A DNA stretch of 64,000 nt from IMG/VR virus record IMGVR_UViG_3300025871_000007, one strand, 5' to 3'. Within the stretch, counting starts at the first letter, position 1. Every line of letters begins with the position of its first letter. Positions 59,168-64,000 of this stretch are shown here, one piece after another. This stretch comes from an uncultured virus (IMG/VR IMGVR_UViG_3300025871_000007). Its lineage: Duplodnaviria; Heunggongvirae; Uroviricota; Caudoviricetes. A model generated the notes under the pieces. That model ran no database searches. It worked only from the letters and a program-made list of their open reading frames with translations, and was not told the DNA's origin. A program made the translations under genes and the position numbers.

Positions 59168-61617
59168 TAATTTCAGATAAAATATATATTCCATTATGTA
59201 AGTTAGGTGCTAAAGCAAATGATTTAGCTAAGATTTTTACCTATCAAAATCCAGAATATTTTGAAAAATCTAAAATGGGTTTTAGCACCACAAAATGCAG
59301 TCCTTTTCTTGCACATTATGCTTTTCAAGAATCCGAAACAAAGGAAAAATGCATAGTAGTACCTAGAGGTGCTATTAAGAAAGTTAAAACTTTTCTAGAA
59401 AAGAATAATATATCCTTACGCCACTTAGATAACAGAAATGAAGGTAAAGATATAGATATCGAGTTAACAGACACAAGATTAGAACCCCAGCAGTTAGAAA
59501 TCATAGAGCTTTTAAAAGCTAATGAGGGTGGATTGATAGAAATGCTACCGGGCGGTGGGAAGACAATTGCTGCTTTGGGTTTTATCTCAAAAGTAAAAAA
59601 ATCTACTCTTATTCTAGTACATGAACATAGACTTAGAACACAATGGGAAGAAGAAATTAAAAGAAGACTTCAAGGAGATTTTACTCTAGGAAGATTAGAT
59701 GGTGACGAGAAACGGGAAGGTGATATAACAATCGGAATTATTAATTCCGTTTATCTGATGTATAAAGAAAATAAAGATATCTTTTCAAAATATGGTGTAG
59801 TTATAGTCGATGAATGCTTTCCTTGGTATTCTAAAGTATTAACTAATTCTGGATATAAAAATATTAAAGATGTACAAAAAGGAGATATTGTTCTAACTAC
59901 GAATGAGACTACTAAAGAATTAGAATGGAAATCTGTAGTTAACAATATACAAAAAAAATCAAGAAAAAATCTTATAAGTATAAAACTTAATAATGGTAAA
60001 AGTATTGTTTGTACAGAAGATCATAACATATATACTACTAAAGGATGGATATCAGCTAAAAATCTTGTATTAAATGATGAACTTATTACTGTGGATACTA
60101 TTATTTATGGAAGAACTATCGAGAAGAAAAAAGAAAAACAAAGTGATTGCAATTATTCCCTGTTACATTTGTGGAAAAGATGTGGAAATATTATCTGGAA
60201 CTCAAACAAAGGAAACTTACAGACTGACAGGAAGAGCATATTGTTCAAGGGAATGTTCAAAAGCTTATGTCAGAAAAACGAGCAGCGAGACAATGACAAG
60301 AACAAATTTGAAATATCGAGATATTATTGTCAAAAGAATGTTGGAAAACAATCCTTCAAAGGATCCAGAGATAGCAAAAAAAGCTGTACAAAAAAATCGA
60401 GAAAATGGTACTTACGATTTAAATTGTTTCGAACATTGCGGAAATGGGCGGGCATGTTCAAAAGAACATCAATCTTTATTAGATTCTCTGAATTTCATAC
60501 AAGATATTTGGATAAAAGAATGTCCAGTTCCTACCAAAATGGGAAGAACTTCAGGATATCCAACTTGTTACAAATTGGATATTGGTTGCAAAGAATTAAA
60601 AATTGGAATAGAAGTAGATGGGGATACTCATTTAAACAAACAACAGATACAATTAGACAAAAAGAAGGATATATTCTTACAAGGATTGGGGTGGAAAGTA
60701 TTACGCTTTACTCACTCGCAGATTCACGAAAACTTGACATCTTGCGTGGCGAAGATTATGTCTATGATCTTACAATAGAAGATAATCATAACTATTTTGT
60801 GGAAAATATATTAGTACATAATTGCCATCATACACCAGCAAAAATGTTTGAATTAGTAGTAAATAATATACCTGCTAAATATAGAATAGGTTTAACAGGT
60901 ACTGTTAAAAGAAAAGATCAAAAAGAAATATTAATGTTCGATATTTTAGGCCCTGTTCTTATTTCTATAGGAGCAGAGGACTTGAAACATCGTGTTACTT
61001 CTTTTACCTATGAAATAGTAGAGACTAATTGTAAAATAGATGCACCTACAAGAAAACTATGGGCTGATGGTGCAAGAGTAACAAAAGTAGATTATGTTTC
61101 TCTTTTAAGCCTACTGGTTAAAAATCAGCAAAGAAATACTATAATTTTAGAAAAAATTATAGAATCCATAAAAGAAGGATATAAGCCTTTAATATTATCA
61201 GATAGAGTAGATCATTGTAAATATCTTTATCAATATTTATTAGATTTAGGATATAATGTTGTATTATTAATAGGAGCTACACGCAAGCAATCTAATTGGG
61301 AAGAAATCAGACAAGATAATAGCATACAAGCTATTGTAGCACAGCGAAGCATCGCTGAAGAAGGTCTAGATTACCCTTCTCTATCCGCACTGCATTTAAC
61401 CTGTCCATCTACTAATTTACCAAAACTAAAACAAAGAATAGGACGTATTAGACGTGTAGCAGAAGATAAGATATTACTACCTAAAGTATACGATTATGCA
61501 GATAATGCAGTACAATTAAAAGATCAATTTGGAAAGCTTCAGTTTCCATTAAAGAGATCGGCAAGATCTCGTGAAAGTTTTTATAAAAAGTTACAAGAGG
61601 AATATGAAAGTGCTTAA
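59164..61617 (+). CDS. SF2 (UvsW/DEAD-like) helicase with intein
   Basis: PGGGKT, DE|CHH split by the intein, GLTGT, EEGLD, QRIGRIRR. Confidence 0.9.
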   Translation: MIISDKIYIPLCKLGAKANDLAKIFTYQNPEYFEKSKMGFSTTKCSPFLAHYAFQESETKEKCIVVPRGAIKKVKTFLEKNNISLRHLDNRNEGKDIDIELTDTRLEPQQLEIIELLKANEGGLIEMLPGGGKTIAALGFISKVKKSTLILVHEHRLRTQWEEEIKRRLQGDFTLGRLDGDEKREGDITIGIINSVYLMYKENKDIFSKYGVVIVDECFPWYSKVLTNSGYKNIKDVQKGDIVLTTNETTKELEWKSVVNNIQKKSRKNLISIKLNNGKSIVCTEDHNIYTTKGWISAKNLVLNDELITVDTIIYGRTIEKKKEKQSDCNYSLLHLWKRCGNIIWNSNKGNLQTDRKSILFKGMFKSLCQKNEQRDNDKNKFEISRYYCQKNVGKQSFKGSRDSKKSCTKKSRKWYLRFKLFRTLRKWAGMFKRTSIFIRFSEFHTRYLDKRMSSSYQNGKNFRISNLLQIGYWLQRIKNWNRSRWGYSFKQTTDTIRQKEGYILTRIGVESITLYSLADSRKLDILRGEDYVYDLTIEDNHNYFVENILVHNCHHTPAKMFELVVNNIPAKYRIGLTGTVKRKDQKEILMFDILGPVLISIGAEDLKHRVTSFTYEIVETNCKIDAPTRKLWADGARVTKVDYVSLLSLLVKNQQRNTIILEKIIESIKEGYKPLILSDRVDHCKYLYQYLLDLGYNVVLLIGATRKQSNWEEIRQDNSIQAIVAQRSIAEEGLDYPSLSALHLTCPSTNLPKLKQRIGRIRRVAEDKILLPKVYDYADNAVQLKDQFGKLQFPLKRSARSRESFYKKLQEEYESA
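59815..60822 (+). mobile_element. Intein in helicase Walker B motif (336 aa)
   Basis: VIVDE|CFPWYSKVLT...CTEDH...VYDLTIEDNHNYFVENILVHN|CHH. Confidence 0.92.
60107..60778 (+). CDS. DUF559/Vsr-like endonuclease encoded in the +1 frame inside the helicase intein
   Basis: CYICG..., YCSREC, YKLDIG, IGIEVDGDTH, DKKKDIFLQGLGWKVLRF; ORF is open from 60074, ATG at 60107 chosen. Confidence 0.8.
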   Translation: MEELSRRKKKNKVIAIIPCYICGKDVEILSGTQTKETYRLTGRAYCSRECSKAYVRKTSSETMTRTNLKYRDIIVKRMLENNPSKDPEIAKKAVQKNRENGTYDLNCFEHCGNGRACSKEHQSLLDSLNFIQDIWIKECPVPTKMGRTSGYPTCYKLDIGCKELKIGIEVDGDTHLNKQQIQLDKKKDIFLQGLGWKVLRFTHSQIHENLTSCVAKIMSMILQ

Positions 61618-61659
61618 TATATACATGAGCACATATTTGGAGAAGAGATCTATAATTAA

Positions 61660-62430
61660 ATGGATACGCAAGAACAACAAATTTCTCTCAATGAGAAATC
61701 ATTAGATAAAAATGCAAAAGTAAGTAGAAATTTTGAAAATAGAACAGAATTGGAAACACAAGAGTTATATGATACAATAAAAGAAGCAGTATTGTGTGCT
61801 CAAGATCCTCAAAACGATGATTCTGATAAAGCACTGGCCTTTATTGTATTTGTATTTGATCCTCTTATCAGAAAGATAGCAGGAAAGATCTACTTTTATA
61901 TCAAAGATTGTGAAGAATATGAGGATATTCTTCAAGAAACTTACGCTACCTTTATACGATTAGTATATGGGTATAATCCTTCCATTTCCGCCTTCCCTTA
62001 TTACATTAGAAATATGTTACCAAGACAAGTTAAAGCATGGAGTCAAAGAACAAAAAGAAAATCTTACATTCCAGTAGATACTGTTATAGTTGATAATGCA
62101 ATAGCAGATCCTTTTATGAATAGTAAGGATAGTGTTTATGAGAGATATAATAGCTATGTAATGCAAGAAGAATATAAAGAATTTATTATGCAAAGAGCAG
62201 AAAGAAAAACAAAGAGTAATACAGTAAAAGAAGTTTGCTATAATTACTTTTTGGGATCTTCCTCGTGTACTCAACTTGCAAAAAAATTAGGAATTTCATA
62301 CCACGCAGTCTACGAAATTATACAAAGAATTAAACTGGAACTTCAAGTATTTTTAGAAGAAAATACTCTTACAGAACTTGAAGCTAGCAGTATGTTTCAG
62401 GATGAGACAAAAATAGATATAGAAAAATGA
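61660..62430 (+). CDS. Sigma-70-like phage sigma factor
   Basis: FDPLIRKIA, EDILQETY, YNP...FPYY, C-terminal HTH TQLAKKLGISYHAVYEI. Confidence 0.75.
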   Translation: MDTQEQQISLNEKSLDKNAKVSRNFENRTELETQELYDTIKEAVLCAQDPQNDDSDKALAFIVFVFDPLIRKIAGKIYFYIKDCEEYEDILQETYATFIRLVYGYNPSISAFPYYIRNMLPRQVKAWSQRTKRKSYIPVDTVIVDNAIADPFMNSKDSVYERYNSYVMQEEYKEFIMQRAERKTKSNTVKEVCYNYFLGSSSCTQLAKKLGISYHAVYEIIQRIKLELQVFLEENTLTELEASSMFQDETKIDIEK

Positions 62431-62582
62431 TAAAAAGTATATTAGTATTAATCTCCAGTGAAATTCATTGGAAAGTAAAACAAAAGTGTAAGCATAATAA
62501 ATTGACTATTCAAGAAGTTACAGCTACACTCTTAGAAGAATTTTCTAAAGGAACTTTTGATAGTTTACTAAATATCAAATAA
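62427..62582 (+). CDS. Small ribbon-helix-helix (ParG-like) protein, 51 aa
   Basis: ATGA overlap with the sigma stop; MIKSILVLISSEIHWKVKQKC...TIQEVTATLLEEF. Confidence 0.55.
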   Translation: MIKSILVLISSEIHWKVKQKCKHNKLTIQEVTATLLEEFSKGTFDSLLNIK

Positions 62583-62584
62583 TA

Positions 62585-62615
62585 CCTTAAAGATTATATT
62601 TGTATTATTATTTTT
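62585..62615 (+). promoter_or_regulatory. Putative late promoter CCTTAAAG-N16-TATTTTT
   Basis: Same spaced motif as in the head module; upstream of the terminase. Confidence 0.5.
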
Positions 62616-62621
62616 ATAACA

Positions 62622-64000
62622 ATGTCAGATTTATTAACTAGCAGATTATTAGATCCCTCGTATTCTCCTTCAACTACTACTCTACCCACGTTTTTAACTC
62701 CTAGTAAAAAAGAATGCCCAGTACGTTTTACTACAGATATTGTCGAATTCTGTGAGCACGAAGAATTTTTGGGTACTAAGCTAAGACCACTACAAAAAAA
62801 CTTTCTTGTCGATTTATATTCATTAGACGATTCCGGATATCCAAAATACGATACAGGTGTTTTTATAGCAGGTATGCGTGGTGGTAAATCTGCTTTAGCA
62901 GCATTTATAGCTGCATTTCAAGTGCACAGATTACTATCTATGAAGGAACCAGCATTAGAGCTGCATCAGATTAAAGGGCAACGTCTTACTATACAATTTA
63001 TTGCTAACTCCGAAGCACAAGCGAAAGAAACGGCGTATGCTACCTTTGAAACACTTATTACAGATTCATTTTGGTATCAAAAGTATATAGGATGGTTAAA
63101 AGAGAGAGAAAGAGAAGAACATCTTCCTGTAAATTCATTATTTGAACATAAAGCACAAAGTATAGAATTTTATGAAAAGAATGTTGCTATTTTATCGCTA
63201 AATTCTAACTCCGCAACTGCAGTAGGTAAAACTTCAGCATGCTGTATATTTGATGAGCTTTCTCGTTTTGATGTAGCGGAGAATGATATACAAGCTAAAT
63301 CACAAAAGCGTGTTGCACAAGCTATTTATGACGGTGTAGCTAAAGCAGCAACATCTCTAATGCCTTTTTCTAAGGTTGTTACTATTACATCTCCTATGTA
63401 TGAAGATGATTATGGCATGAGATTATTATATCAATCTGGTACATTTAAAGGCGGAGAACAAAGTGGTATTATTCATACTCTAAGAAGGCAATACCCTGAT
63501 AAAGCAGAAAGAATGCTAGGATATCATTATACTACTTTTGAAATGAATCCTCTAAAGGATGCAAATGGCAATATTATACCAGGTGGATTTAGCCCAGAAC
63601 AAAGCTTTTTCAAGAGTAAAAGAAATGAGAGTCCAGAAGGTTTTAGAAGAGACTTTCTTGCTATACCACCCTCAGCAGTAAGTCCTTTCTTTGAATATCC
63701 TGAAAGAATAGAATCCTGTATTGTCAAGAATTCACAAGCAGTAATTTTCTTTGATAGGGAATTTCAAGAATCTGTAGACAGAGATGGATTACCACTAAGT
63801 GTTAGACATTATATAGGTAAATCTTTGGAAATAGTTAAGCCCAATAAAATGAAAGATTACTATATATCATGTGACCAGGGTGAAAAGAAAGATGCGTTTG
63901 TTGTAGCAATGGCACACGGAGAAACTATAGCTTATAGAACAGTAAATACAGAAGGAAAAGAAATAGAATATACTAGATATAAAGTTATAATAGATTTTAT
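62622..64000 (+). CDS. terL: Terminase large subunit (runs off window; absent from ORF track)
   Basis: Manual translation gives LRPLQ, Walker A AGMRGGKS, Walker B CIFDELS, TITSP and nuclease-like ISCDQG..KDAF. Confidence 0.85.
   Translation, partial: MSDLLTSRLLDPSYSPSTTTLPTFLTPSKKECPVRFTTDIVEFCEHEEFLGTKLRPLQKNFLVDLYSLDDSGYPKYDTGVFIAGMRGGKSALAAFIAAFQVHRLLSMKEPALELHQIKGQRLTIQFIANSEAQAKETAYATFETLITDSFWYQKYIGWLKEREREEHLPVNSLFEHKAQSIEFYEKNVAILSLNSNSATAVGKTSACCIFDELSRFDVAENDIQAKSQKRVAQAIYDGVAKAATSLMPFSKVVTITSPMYEDDYGMRLLYQSGTFKGGEQSGIIHTLRRQYPDKAERMLGYHYTTFEMNPLKDANGNIIPGGFSPEQSFFKSKRNESPEGFRRDFLAIPPSAVSPFFEYPERIESCIVKNSQAVIFFDREFQESVDRDGLPLSVRHYIGKSLEIVKPNKMKDYYISCDQGEKKDAFVVAMAHGETIAYRTVNTEGKEIEYTRYKVIIDF

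Noticed and set aside
40145..60822. Both inteins are exactly 336 codons
   Set aside because: Their sequences and nuclease types differ; treated as coincidence.
691..63727. Many short antisense or alternate-frame ORFs in the track (e.g. 2099, 3242, 5765, 5901, 13719, 35594, 56206, 62017, 63527)
   Set aside because: They are shadows of long genes on the other strand or frame with no recognisable motifs, unlike 60074..60778, which has a coherent nuclease signature.
1..64000. Alternative genetic code (stop-codon reassignment)
   Set aside because: Conserved genes are full length in code 11, and TAA, TAG and TGA all end genes at tight junctions (e.g. TAG at 49378-49380 then ATG; ATGA overlaps).
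1..64000. tRNA, rRNA or group I/II introns
   Set aside because: Intergenic gaps are short and AT-rich; no cloverleaf or intron-like interruption was recognised by eye. A tRNAscan/Infernal run would be needed to exclude them.

Overview
This is an AT-rich (roughly 70% A+T by eye), densely coding segment of a large tailed dsDNA phage genome in standard genetic code; the host cannot be inferred. Two arms diverge at about 22.4 kb. The minus-strand arm (1-22367) carries the head module: probable head-completion protein, major capsid protein, decoration protein, scaffold, prohead protease, portal and several acidic putative head proteins. It also holds a solitary TnpB-like gene and a replication-initiator-like gene next to 4x22-bp iteron-like repeats. 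The plus-strand arm (22448-64000) carries SbcCD, a nucleotidyltransferase/MuF-like block, a second truncated capsid-protein paralog, SSB-like protein, RuvC, a UDG-PolA fusion with an HNH intein and a sliding clamp. It continues with a 7-deazaguanine DNA-modification cluster (queD, PRTase, queE, queC, DUF366-like, folE, queF, dpdA), RecA, DnaC/DnaB/DnaG, a tubulin/FtsZ homolog, two sigma-like genes, an intein-containing SF2 helicase and the start of the terminase large subunit. The most notable observations are: (1) the helicase intein hides a DUF559/Vsr-like endonuclease in the +1 frame, so both frames are coding; (2) a capsid paralog sits in the replication arm; (3) unusual accessory enzymes lie in the deazaguanine cluster; (4) putative head proteins share a peptide motif and K-x-A sites; (5) two spaced promoter motifs recur; (6) TCTAGA appears enriched. 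All family assignments are from motif recognition by eye, not database searches.
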